From the NCBI RefSeq assembly GCF_013004595.1, contig NZ_JABEMC010000001.1, positions 62,001 through 126,000 on the forward strand: 64,000 nucleotides of DNA, written 5' to 3'. Below, in pieces: positions 19,297 through 27,679 of this stretch (positions are counted from its first letter, which is position 1; each line of letters opens with the position of its first letter). This DNA comes from Brevibacterium luteolum. GTDB lineage: Bacteria; Actinomycetota; Actinomycetes; Actinomycetales; Brevibacteriaceae. A program made the translations under genes and the position numbers. Under the pieces are notes generated by a model. It was given only the letters and a program-made list of their open reading frames with translations, ran no database searches and was not told where the DNA came from.

Positions 19297-19743
19297 ATGC
19301 GCATCGTCACCATCGACAACGCCTCAGCGACTCAGACCGAACATCCCGCCCGCGCCGCGGTGCGGACGTTTATTCAGACGTTCATCCCGGCAGCGGCGCT
19401 GTTCGTCCTCGCCGTTCCGCCGGTCGTCGACGTCATCCTCGATGAGGTCGGAAAGGCCGGCCTGGAACTGCCTGGCTGGGCCTACGCGGCGTTGACTGGC
19501 CTGTCGGTCGGTACGGCGCTCATCGCCGCGATCGTCGCTCGCGTCATGGCTATCCCGGCCGTAGAGAAGGCGCTGCGGTCGATCGGCCTTGGTGCTGCGC
19601 CGACTGAGCCGGACTTCGGCACCTGGGACGGCGACGAGGTTGAGGCTGACGTGGACGACCTGGCACAGGAGCCCACCGACGAGCCGACCGACCTCGGCGT
19701 GATCGACACCATCGACCCCGACGACTACCGGGCAGAGCACTGA
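19297..19743 (+). CDS. Holin
   Basis: After the endolysin; RAAVRTFIQT, two TM helices, ARVMAIP motif, acidic tail. Confidence 0.75.
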   Translation: MRIVTIDNASATQTEHPARAAVRTFIQTFIPAAALFVLAVPPVVDVILDEVGKAGLELPGWAYAALTGLSVGTALIAAIVARVMAIPAVEKALRSIGLGAAPTEPDFGTWDGDEVEADVDDLAQEPTDEPTDLGVIDTIDPDDYRAEH

Positions 19744-19759
19744 CCCAGCCCGCGACAGC

Positions 19760-19794
19760 GAAGCGCCCCACACCGGAATGGTGTGGGGCGCTTC
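19760..19794. terminator. Hairpin terminator between the convergent late operon and cargo genes
   Basis: Perfect 15-bp inverted repeat gaagcgccccacacc / ggtgtggggcgcttc. Confidence 0.85.
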
Positions 19795-19801
19795 TTGCGA
19801 T

Positions 19802-20644
19802 TCATCGGTTGGCTTCACCGAGGTGTCTGGCGATAGCTTCGCCTAGGGAGTGAAGGTGCCGTAGCTTAATCGGGCCATTCTGCGGCGTCGAACCGCTGGC
19901 GGGGATAGGCCACAACCCGGAGCGAAGGCACATGACCTCGAATGTATCGGTGAACTTCTCGGCTTTGTTGTCGCTGGTGTATTCCAACGTCAGGGTCGCG
20001 TCGACCGGCATCCCCAGCGGGCCGGTGACTTCGTCGCCATCGCTGTCCACGAAGGTCATGTCCGAATCGGGATCGTGCCTGATGTGCCAGATGATCCGTA
20101 GGGACGATCCGGGCAGCAGTGTTCGCGGCGTAGTAAACATCTCGACGACAGATTTGGTGACAACGTCGGTTCGATTAGTCTCGGGAACGTACTCAATTGT
20201 CAGGTCCCGTGCTGCTGAACGCCCGTAGTTGGTGATCCGAAGATCGAACACATCAGCACTGGCAAGACCGGGCACCACCTCAACACCGACGTAGGGTCGG
20301 TGCGCCCGATGCGAATCGAGCGCTGCTTGCCTGTTCGCTTCTTCGGCCGCCGCGCTCGCCCTCTGCGTGGCTCGGCTGGATTCCTGACTGGCTTTCATCG
20401 TGCGCGCACCGATAGCGGCAGCCCAGATTGCGGTGGCGAGGAGGCCGATCGAGGTGAAGGAGCTCACGAGTGACGTGATGAGGGACGTGGTGCCGCCGGC
20501 GCCCCACACGATGGCGACCGAGGCGACCGTGACCGCGAGGCCAGCGGCAGTCCCGAAGCTGAACCACAGCACGCGCGTAGGAACCAGATCAGTTGGCGTA
20601 TCAGGCACAGGTGTCTGTTCGGGAAGGTCTGGTGTTTGACTCAT
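19802..20644 (-). CDS. Prophage cargo membrane protein (2 TM, helical stalk, beta-rich C-terminal domain)
   Basis: ATGA coupling with the upstream lipoprotein stop at 20641-20644; two hydrophobic helices. Confidence 0.75.
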   Translation of the reverse strand: MSQTPDLPEQTPVPDTPTDLVPTRVLWFSFGTAAGLAVTVASVAIVWGAGGTTSLITSLVSSFTSIGLLATAIWAAAIGARTMKASQESSRATQRASAAAEEANRQAALDSHRAHRPYVGVEVVPGLASADVFDLRITNYGRSAARDLTIEYVPETNRTDVVTKSVVEMFTTPRTLLPGSSLRIIWHIRHDPDSDMTFVDSDGDEVTGPLGMPVDATLTLEYTSDNKAEKFTDTFEVMCLRSGLWPIPASGSTPQNGPIKLRHLHSLGEAIARHLGEANR

Positions 20645-21165
20645 AGGTAGGGTGACCATTCGGTGAGCTTGGTTTGCAGGTCTTTCATGGTGCTGGCGAG
20701 GCGGTGGACTTCACCGAGGCAGCCGTCGTCAGAGTCGCAGTCGACTTCTCCGAATGCTTCGCCGGCATCGGAAGCAGCCTTGGCGGTCTCGACAGTCTCC
20801 TCGTATAGCGCGGCGATCTCTTCTGGCGGCTCGCCGAGGTAGTTGGTGCTTTGTTCGGAGGTGAGCCCGTTGAGGCCGAGGTAGGCGGACTCCGCGGTGT
20901 ATCCTCCGGCGACGGCGTAGGCGTGGCAGTCGGCCGCGCCTTGATCGACGGCGATGGAGGAACAGGTTGCCTCCTCCCAATCGGTGATCCAGTCGTCGAT
21001 GTCGTGCTTGACGCCGGCAACTTTGCTAGCGAACTGCTGCACGCTCGCTTCGCCTCCTCCGCGCTCGTCTCCGCTTGCGCCGTTGTCGTCGGACTGCTCG
21101 TCGCTGCTGCAGCCTGTGAGCGCAATGAGGGCGGCGACGGTCAGGGCGGTGATGGTTTGTCGCAT
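20641..21165 (-). CDS. Prophage cargo lipoprotein
   Basis: Signal peptide with lipobox LTG-C; acidic; four additional Cys; RBS aagga. Confidence 0.85.
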   Translation of the reverse strand: MRQTITALTVAALIALTGCSSDEQSDDNGASGDERGGGEASVQQFASKVAGVKHDIDDWITDWEEATCSSIAVDQGAADCHAYAVAGGYTAESAYLGLNGLTSEQSTNYLGEPPEEIAALYEETVETAKAASDAGEAFGEVDCDSDDGCLGEVHRLASTMKDLQTKLTEWSPYL

Positions 21166-21214
21166 GAGGCGTCCTTGTCTCGTGGCGGCCGGGGTGCTGT
21201 CAGCCTATCGGAGT

Positions 21215-22003
21215 TCACGCGGCCAGACTGTCGATGGCCGAGCGCATCTGTGACTCGTCGATCTCGGTGTAGAGCGCCGTGGTTGAGAGCTGTGCGTGCC
21301 GCAGGAGCTCCTGGACGACGCGCAGGTTCGCGCCTCGGCGGAGCATCTGAGTGCCGTAGTAGCGTCGCAGGCTGTGTGCGGAGCCTTTGACGCCGGCCCG
21401 GCGCATGGCCTTGCCGATCGTGTCCGAGGCGGAGTTGGCCTTCATGTGCCCGTCGCCCGATGGAAACCAGTAGCCGGCCGCGGGCATTGTGCCGGCTAGT
21501 TCGCGGATGACGTCGGAGAGCGGGAGGCGTGCGATCACACCGCCCTTGCCTGCGACGGTGAGCGTGCCGAGGTCGAGGTCGACGTCCTCTGCTCGCACCT
21601 TGACGATCTCGTGGACGCGCAGGCCCTGGTAGGTGGCGAGCAGGATCATCGCCCGCGTCCGTCGCCGCATGGGCGCTCGGGCGAGACGCTGCACGTCGAC
21701 GGTGCTGACCGTGTGCTGGCGGGAGCGGGGCACGCGCGGGTTCGGCAGCTTGTCGACGGGGTTGGTGTCGAGGTAGCCCATGTCGACGGCCCACGTGTAG
21801 AACGCTTTGACGTGGTTGCGGTAAGTGCGCCGGGATGAGTTCGACAGCTCGGGGCGGCCGAGCTCGGCCAGCAGCGCGGCACGTGAGGCAGTCAAGGGGT
21901 TGCCGAGTCGGCTGACGAAGGCGGAGCGCTCGACGATGGTCCGCTCTGAGAGCCCTTGTGCCGTCATCCAGTCGACCCACTCTGAGAGGACAGGGGAAGT
22001 CAT
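21215..22003 (-). CDS. int: Tyrosine integrase, short arm-less type, C-terminus -LAA
   Basis: Catalytic R (GLRVHE), K (GKGG), HxxR (HSLR), H (LLRH), Y (TALY); about 262 aa from ATG 22003 (alternative start 22051); adjacent to att. Confidence 0.92.
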   Translation of the reverse strand: MTSPVLSEWVDWMTAQGLSERTIVERSAFVSRLGNPLTASRAALLAELGRPELSNSSRRTYRNHVKAFYTWAVDMGYLDTNPVDKLPNPRVPRSRQHTVSTVDVQRLARAPMRRRTRAMILLATYQGLRVHEIVKVRAEDVDLDLGTLTVAGKGGVIARLPLSDVIRELAGTMPAAGYWFPSGDGHMKANSASDTIGKAMRRAGVKGSAHSLRRYYGTQMLRRGANLRVVQELLRHAQLSTTALYTEIDESQMRSAIDSLAA

Positions 22004-22047
22004 GTGCAGAATTGTGCATGACCCGTCCGTGGAACGTGAGAGCTGGG

Positions 22048-22323
22048 TCACAGTTGTGGCCTATCTGTGACCGTGCCGTTACGCTCCCGTAGCTCCTCAT
22101 CGCGCAACTGATCAGCCCACCTGTGCAGCTCTCCGACGCGCGCTTCTATCTCAATGGAGACCTCGCGGTAGACCGACACATCGTCCGGCAGCGCGGGCTC
22201 GTCGGCTGCGACCCGGTACGCGATCGACCGAGCGCATGAATCCTGGAGGCGGTGCAGCTGCTCAAGGCTGAGAGTGTCTAGATCGAGGGCCGCTCGGATT
22301 CCGCTGGCGCTGAACGTGGTCAT
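22048..22323 (-). CDS. Hypothetical helical protein between the att site and integrase
   Basis: RBS gaaagga before ATG 22323 (alternative ATG 22344 overlaps the repressor-tail stop). Confidence 0.6.
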   Translation of the reverse strand: MTTFSASGIRAALDLDTLSLEQLHRLQDSCARSIAYRVAADEPALPDDVSVYREVSIEIEARVGELHRWADQLRDEELRERNGTVTDRPQL

Positions 22324-22340
22324 GATCGACTGTCCTTTCG

Positions 22341-22433
22341 TCATGCCGCGCTGGGGTGCGGCAGGGCGGGTGATAGATGGCGGATCGCGGACAGAACCGC
22401 AACCTTCGGATCAGAAGGTTGGGGGTTCGAATC
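22341..22433 (-). other. Orphan 3' end of the phage repressor gene (att core plus degradation-tag tail)
   Basis: Minus frame reads DSNPQPSDP-KVAVLSAIRHLSPALPHPSAA* across the att core. Confidence 0.75.
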
Positions 22434-22448
22434 CCTCGTGGCGCGCCA
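22407..22448 (+). other. attR: 3' half of a tRNA-Arg(ACG)-type gene
   Basis: cggatcagaaggtt-gggggTTCGAATccctc-gtggcgc-g-cca gives anticodon 3' side, T arm, acceptor strand and CCA; no D arm or 5' half upstream. Confidence 0.88.
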
Positions 22449-22451
22449 ACT

Positions 22452-22484
22452 GAAACCGCCGCCCGGAAGCCGGGCGGCGGTTTC
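22452..22484. terminator. Hairpin terminator (original tRNA terminator, also convergent with actP)
   Basis: Perfect 15-bp inverted repeat gaaaccgccgcccgg / ccgggcggcggtttc. Confidence 0.85.
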
Positions 22485-22520
22485 GCTATTCTGCTCTGGC
22501 CTGCAGAGATGCTGAGTCGC

Positions 22521-24152
22521 TCAGTGTTCGACGGCCTTCTCTGCGCCGTAGCCGGTCATTGAGCGGACCTCCATTTCGGCTGCGAGCTTCGGATCCTCAC
22601 CGCGCTTGCCGGTCAGTGATCCGATGAAGCCGAGCAGGAATCCGACAGGAATCGAGATGATGCCCGGGTTCTGCAGCGGGAAGATCGCGAAGTCGATGTT
22701 CGGCCCGAGCATCGCTGTCTCCGTGCCGGAGACCACCGGGGAGATCGCAATGAGGCCGACGGCGGTGATGAGCCCGCCGTAGATCGACCACACCGCACCG
22801 CGGGTGGTGAATCGGCGCCAGAACAGCGAGTACAGGATCGTCGGCAGGTTCGCGCTCGCCGCAACCGCGAAGGCCAGGGCGACGAGGAAGGCGATGTTCT
22901 GTCCCTGCACACCGATGCCGCCGAAGATCGCGACACCGCCGATCGCCAGCACGGTGATGCGGGCGACCTTCACCTCGGTCTGTTGTGTGACGGTGCCGCG
23001 CTTGATGACTGAGTTGTAGATGTCGTGCGAGAACGATGCTGCTGCGGTGATCGTCAGGCCGGCGACGACGGCGAGGATCGTCGCGAAGGCGACTGCCGAG
23101 ATCGTGCCGAGCAGGATCGGCCCGCCGAGTTCGAGCGCGAGCAGCGGTGCTGCCGAGTTCACTCCGCCTGGGGCGTTCTCGATCGCCTCGGAGCCGACCA
23201 TGGCGGCAGCGCCGTAGCCGAGCACCAGGGTGAAGAGGTAGAAGATGCCGATGAGCCAGATCGCCCAGACCACCGAGCGGCGGGCTTCAAGTGCGGTCGG
23301 GACGGTGTAGAAGCGCATGAGCACGTGCGGCAGCGCAGCGGTGCCGAGCACCAGAGCGATCGACAGGGACACGAAGTCGATCGGCAGCGCGCCGTACTTG
23401 AGTCCTGGGGCGAGCAGCGCCTCGGGCGGGTCAGCAGTCGCATTGGCAACGGCATCGCCAAGCAGCTGGGAGAAGTTGAACCCGTTGATCGCCAGCACCC
23501 AGACGGTCATGATGCCAGCGCCGCCGATGAGCAGGAACGCCTTGACGATCTGCACCCAGGTGGTGCCCTTCATGCCGCCGAACAAGACGTACATGATCAT
23601 GAGCACGCCGACGACGGCGACGACGATCGACTGGCCGGTCTTGCTGTCGATGCCCAGCAGCAGGGACACGAGTCCACCGGCGCCGGCCATCTGGGCGAGC
23701 AGGTAGAAGAAGCACACCGCCAGTGTCGACATCGCCGCAGCCAGGCGCACGGGGCGCTGCTTGAGGCGGAAGGAGAGCACGTCGGCCATCGTGAATTTGC
23801 CGGTGTTGCGCAGGAGCTCGGCGACGAGCAGCAGTGCGACGAGCCAGGCGACGAGGAAGCCGATCGAGTAGAGGAAGCCGTCGTAGCCGGTCACCGCGAT
23901 GGCACCGACGATGCCGAGGAAGGAGGCGGCTGAGAGGTAGTCCCCGGAGATCGCAAAGCCGTTCTGCGGGCCGGAGAACGATCGGCCACCGGCATAGAAG
24001 TCGGAAGCGCTCGCATTGCGCTTGGCGACACGGAAGACGATCGTCATCGTGATGGCGACGAAGACGAGGAAGATCGCGATGTTGAGGACGGGATTGTTCT
24101 CTGCGGTGGGATTGTCCTGGGCCACCGTGGTCAGTGCGGCTGCGAGCGTCAT
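22521..24152 (-). CDS. actP: Cation/acetate (monocarboxylate) symporter, SSS family
   Basis: GDYLSAASFLG, GGMKGTTWVQ, LPHVLMRFYT, VAASANLP motifs; preceded by DUF485. Confidence 0.92.
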   Translation of the reverse strand: MTLAAALTTVAQDNPTAENNPVLNIAIFLVFVAITMTIVFRVAKRNASASDFYAGGRSFSGPQNGFAISGDYLSAASFLGIVGAIAVTGYDGFLYSIGFLVAWLVALLLVAELLRNTGKFTMADVLSFRLKQRPVRLAAAMSTLAVCFFYLLAQMAGAGGLVSLLLGIDSKTGQSIVVAVVGVLMIMYVLFGGMKGTTWVQIVKAFLLIGGAGIMTVWVLAINGFNFSQLLGDAVANATADPPEALLAPGLKYGALPIDFVSLSIALVLGTAALPHVLMRFYTVPTALEARRSVVWAIWLIGIFYLFTLVLGYGAAAMVGSEAIENAPGGVNSAAPLLALELGGPILLGTISAVAFATILAVVAGLTITAAASFSHDIYNSVIKRGTVTQQTEVKVARITVLAIGGVAIFGGIGVQGQNIAFLVALAFAVAASANLPTILYSLFWRRFTTRGAVWSIYGGLITAVGLIAISPVVSGTETAMLGPNIDFAIFPLQNPGIISIPVGFLLGFIGSLTGKRGEDPKLAAEMEVRSMTGYGAEKAVEH

Positions 24153-24565
24153 CGTTGGCCCTCCTCGTTCTCGGCGGGGGTCTCTGCAGCTTTGCCGACG
24201 GTATGGGCACCGGGGGTGTCTGCGGGGCGTTCGGCGAAGTCGGCGGCCTGCTTCTCCAGCATCAGGCGGATCTCGTTGGCTGCCGGGTCGATGCGCTGGT
24301 TGGCGAACCGAACGTAGACCATCGTGATGATGAAGGTTGTGGCGAACTGGCCGAGGCCGAGCAAGATGCCGAGGTTGATGTTGCCGATCACCGGGGTCGC
24401 CATGAAGTCATGGGCATAGGCGCCGAGCAGTACATAGGCGAAGTACCAGAGGAAGAAGAACGCGCTCAGCGGCAGCACCAGCGAGCGGTGCTTCTTCTTC
24501 AGCGCTTGGAACTCCGGTTGGGATTCGACTTTCTCGAAGTCGATAGCTGCGGTCGGTGGAGACAC
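24149..24565 (-). CDS. DUF485 (YjcH-like) membrane protein
   Basis: Two TM helices, FMATPVIGNINLG; coupled to actP; GTG start 24565 after RBS aaagga. Confidence 0.88.
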   Translation of the reverse strand: MSPPTAAIDFEKVESQPEFQALKKKHRSLVLPLSAFFFLWYFAYVLLGAYAHDFMATPVIGNINLGILLGLGQFATTFIITMVYVRFANQRIDPAANEIRLMLEKQAADFAERPADTPGAHTVGKAAETPAENEEGQR

Positions 24566-24632
24566 TGAGACACCATTCCTTTCGCTGCCGCAGGATTGGA
24601 CGCGGCTCTGCGAAACAATACGCCGATGAAAC

Positions 24633-24688
24633 TGTGACCGACGCCACATCATTCAGTCTGTTATCAAGATGTTGTGATCTTGCACACA
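24633..24688. promoter_or_regulatory. Two CRP/GlxR-like boxes upstream of DUF485-actP
   Basis: tgtga-N6-ccaca (24633-24648) and tgtga-N6-acaca (24673-24688), each one mismatch from TGTGA-N6-TCACA. Confidence 0.55.
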
Positions 24689-24752
24689 GAAAACGCCGGC
24701 CGAGACCCTGCGGTCTGCAGCCGGCGTCTGCGTGGACAGGTATATGTCCTGG

Positions 24753-27533
24753 TCAGCCCTTGCGGCGGCGGGTCAGTGCGACCGCACCGGCACCGAGGCC
24801 GACGAGCACACCGGCCACGGCCAGGCTGCCGAGCTCCATGCCCGTGCGCGGCAGGCGGCGATCGTCAGCTGAGTGCTGGCGATCCGTGCGCGGATCCTTC
24901 GACGAGTCCGGCGAGCCCTTGCGGTCCCCGTCGTCCTGGCCCTGGTCATCATCGTTCTGACCCTGGTCGTCGTCGTTGTTGCCCTGATCGTCTCCGTTGT
25001 CATCGGAGGGGTCATCGCTTGGATCCACCGTCGGGTCGACCGTCGGATCCTGGCTCGGATCGTCGGTCGGCTCTTCACCGGCGTCCTCGTCGACGTTGAA
25101 GCCGACGATGAGCGGATCATGATCCGAGGAGCGGAAGACCGAATCGTCGTAGAGGTTGCGGACGTTGTTGTTGTAGCGGCTGTACTCTAGGCCGACCGAC
25201 TCACCGGAGTTGATGTTCCACACATCGGCACCGGTGACATCGCCTGCGAGCTCTGCGCTGGCGAGGATGTGGTCGAGGCTGCCGACGCGGCCGCCGAACA
25301 GATAGGTCTGCTCGTCGGTGTGCTCCTCGCCGAGGTTGGTGTAACCGGCCTCGTAGAACACCTGCATCGGGTCCTCGAAGGTGTAGGAGTTGAAGTCGCC
25401 GAGCAGGAACGCCTTATCGGTTCCGGTGGCCTTCTTCTGCTCATCGGCGAACCCGACGAGCGCCTTCGCCTGCTTGACGCGGTCGGCGTTCGAGGCGCCC
25501 TGGCCGTCGCCGGAGTCCTCGTTGCCGTCACCGGAGCCGGAGCCCTTGGACTTGAAGTGGTTGACGATCGCGACGAACTCCGCCTCGGTGTCACCGGGCT
25601 TCGCGAAGGCCTGCGCGAGCGGGGCGCGGGCGTTCTTGTAGGCCGCGTTGTCGAGGATCGCCGGGGTGCCGACCGGCTCGGCCTTCGCGGTCTGGTAGAT
25701 GAACGCGGTGCGGATGACATCCTCACCGACGGCCGGGACCTGTTCGGGGCTGGCCGCAGCCGCCCACTTCTCAGAACCGGCAGCGGCGTTGAGCGCGTCG
25801 ACGAGCTGGTTGAGTGCGTCGTCGCGGTCCTTGCCGAAGGCCGCCGACTGCTCGATCTCCTCGAGCGCGACGATCGAGGCATCGAGGGTGTTGATGCCGT
25901 TGACGATCTTGGCCTGCTGGCGTTCGAAGTTCTCGGCGTTGGCCGCACCGCGGGCAGCGCAGCCGCTGCGCACGGTGATTGGGTTGCCCTCGCGGTCGGT
26001 GTAGTACTGGCAGCCTGAGAGCTCGTCACCGGTGGTCGGGAAGTAGTTGAGCACGTTGTAGCTGGCGATGCTCAGCTGCCCGCCCACCGCCTCGGGAGCG
26101 GCCGGACGGTTGTTGGCGAACGTCGCCGGAGCGGCCTCGTCCTCGTTGTCACCGGTGACGGTCGCGGTGGGCTGCAGGCGCCAGGTGTCGTGTCCGTAGC
26201 CGAGCACCGCCGCCGAGGTGAAGGTCGCCTCAGCGCCGACGCGCACCGGGTTGTCGAGGGAGACGTAGGGCACCGGCACGTCGCTGGCCTTGCCGGTGAA
26301 GTCGCGGGTCGCGCCGTCGTCGAGGAGGTAGAAGCGATCGTTGTTCTCCGCTTCGAGCTTCTTGGCCTCATCGGTGCCGGGGCGGTGGGCGTCGGTGTGG
26401 TGGCGCAGCGGCTTCGTGCCGTTGGTCAGGCCGACCTCGCCGTAGCGGTTGGCGGTGTAGGTGTCGGCCACGGTGATCGGGCCGGCTGGGTGGACGAGCA
26501 TGCCCTCAAGCGATTCGCGGGCCTCATCGCCGTCCGGCAGTGCGCCGGTGAACGGCTTGGGGGCCTCAGCCGGCTCGCTCAGCTCGGTCAGGCCGCTGCC
26601 GGTCACGGTGATCTGGGTCTGGCCGTAGTATTCGCTGACCGTGCCGGTGACCTCGACGTGCACGCCGGGCTTGACGGTGCCGACGGTGTCCTTCGAGTAC
26701 ACGAACAAGCCCTCTGAGGCGCCGGGCACCTGGTGGGCGTCGCCGCCGCTGCCGGCGGTCTGGATGAAGTACCCGTCGAGGCCGCCCTCGGGGTAGGCGG
26801 CGGTGACGACACCGCGGGTGCTGACGGTCTTGCCGTCGAGCGGGCTGGTCTGACCGGTGCCCTGGATCTCGGAGATCGGGGTGAGGTTGGCCGGATCCGT
26901 CGGATCGTCGGTGAGGTCGTCTGTCGGGTCGGGGTTCGGTGCGTCGCCGGAGAGTTCGCCGGGAGTCGGTGTGCCGGCGCTCCAGCTGCTGCCGGACTTC
27001 TGGATCGACTGGCCCTTCGGGGCCGTCGCGCCGGTCGGGGTCGCCTGCGCGCCCTGGGCCGCCTCGGGCAGCTGGTCGCTGGAACCTGCGGTGACGCCGC
27101 GGCCGCCGGCGGTGCCGCCGACCTGTGCGAAGTCCTGCAGCTCGCCGTCGGCATCGACGACGAAGGCAGAGGAGCCGTATGCGCCATCGGCGGCGGTGCC
27201 GGACTTGACGGAGTTGGTGATCGGCACCATCACCGCGTGCGCGCCGGAGTCCGGGGCAGTGGTGCCAGCCGGCAGGGTCACGACGTGGGCGTCGGACTGC
27301 GGGTCGCCGCCACGGGTGACCGAGCCGACGGTCCAGCCGGAGAGGTCGGTGCCGGGATCAGCGGCGATCTCGATGAAGTCGGTGTCGTCGGCACCGGCGT
27401 AGGCGATCTCGGAGATCGTCGCCGTGCCGGCCGGTGCCGCAGCCGCCGGAATGGCGATGAGCGCACCGGAGGTGCCGGCTGCGATGAGCACGGAACCGGC
27501 CACAGCCGTTGCGCGCAGATGGAGGGAGTGCAT
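24753..27533 (-). CDS. ExeM/NucH-family extracellular endonuclease, LPXTG-anchored
   Basis: Signal peptide, lamin-tail-like domain, OB fold (ISEIQG), EEP motifs YNVLNYF, NHFKSKG, GDFNSY, SSDHDP; LPRTG + TM + basic tail. Confidence 0.92.
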   Translation of the reverse strand: MHSLHLRATAVAGSVLIAAGTSGALIAIPAAAAPAGTATISEIAYAGADDTDFIEIAADPGTDLSGWTVGSVTRGGDPQSDAHVVTLPAGTTAPDSGAHAVMVPITNSVKSGTAADGAYGSSAFVVDADGELQDFAQVGGTAGGRGVTAGSSDQLPEAAQGAQATPTGATAPKGQSIQKSGSSWSAGTPTPGELSGDAPNPDPTDDLTDDPTDPANLTPISEIQGTGQTSPLDGKTVSTRGVVTAAYPEGGLDGYFIQTAGSGGDAHQVPGASEGLFVYSKDTVGTVKPGVHVEVTGTVSEYYGQTQITVTGSGLTELSEPAEAPKPFTGALPDGDEARESLEGMLVHPAGPITVADTYTANRYGEVGLTNGTKPLRHHTDAHRPGTDEAKKLEAENNDRFYLLDDGATRDFTGKASDVPVPYVSLDNPVRVGAEATFTSAAVLGYGHDTWRLQPTATVTGDNEDEAAPATFANNRPAAPEAVGGQLSIASYNVLNYFPTTGDELSGCQYYTDREGNPITVRSGCAARGAANAENFERQQAKIVNGINTLDASIVALEEIEQSAAFGKDRDDALNQLVDALNAAAGSEKWAAAASPEQVPAVGEDVIRTAFIYQTAKAEPVGTPAILDNAAYKNARAPLAQAFAKPGDTEAEFVAIVNHFKSKGSGSGDGNEDSGDGQGASNADRVKQAKALVGFADEQKKATGTDKAFLLGDFNSYTFEDPMQVFYEAGYTNLGEEHTDEQTYLFGGRVGSLDHILASAELAGDVTGADVWNINSGESVGLEYSRYNNNVRNLYDDSVFRSSDHDPLIVGFNVDEDAGEEPTDDPSQDPTVDPTVDPSDDPSDDNGDDQGNNDDDQGQNDDDQGQDDGDRKGSPDSSKDPRTDRQHSADDRRLPRTGMELGSLAVAGVLVGLGAGAVALTRRRKG

Positions 27534-27679
27534 GGAGGAATCCTTCAGTCGGAGTGCACCCCGGATGACCGGGAGTGCAGATGAGACTCTTCCACGGTAC
27601 CCAGGATTCACTCAGAAATCGGGAGTCCGGTCCAAAGTTCTGCTGAACAACACGTAACCTGTCAGCGATCTCGGCAGGC

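Larger units (their letters stand above)
1..22448. mobile_element. Prophage (siphovirus-like), right part; left end lies outside the window
   Basis: Contiguous co-oriented head/tail/lysis genes, then a tyrosine integrase and a tRNA 3'-half duplication (attR), then host housekeeping genes. Confidence 0.95.

Noticed and set aside
22375..22448. Complete tRNA gene at the prophage end
   Set aside because: No 5' acceptor strand or D arm upstream; only the 3' half is present
22377..22562. Plus-strand 61-aa ORF across attR
   Set aside because: It is a translation of the tRNA fragment and terminator and overlaps the actP end; no RBS
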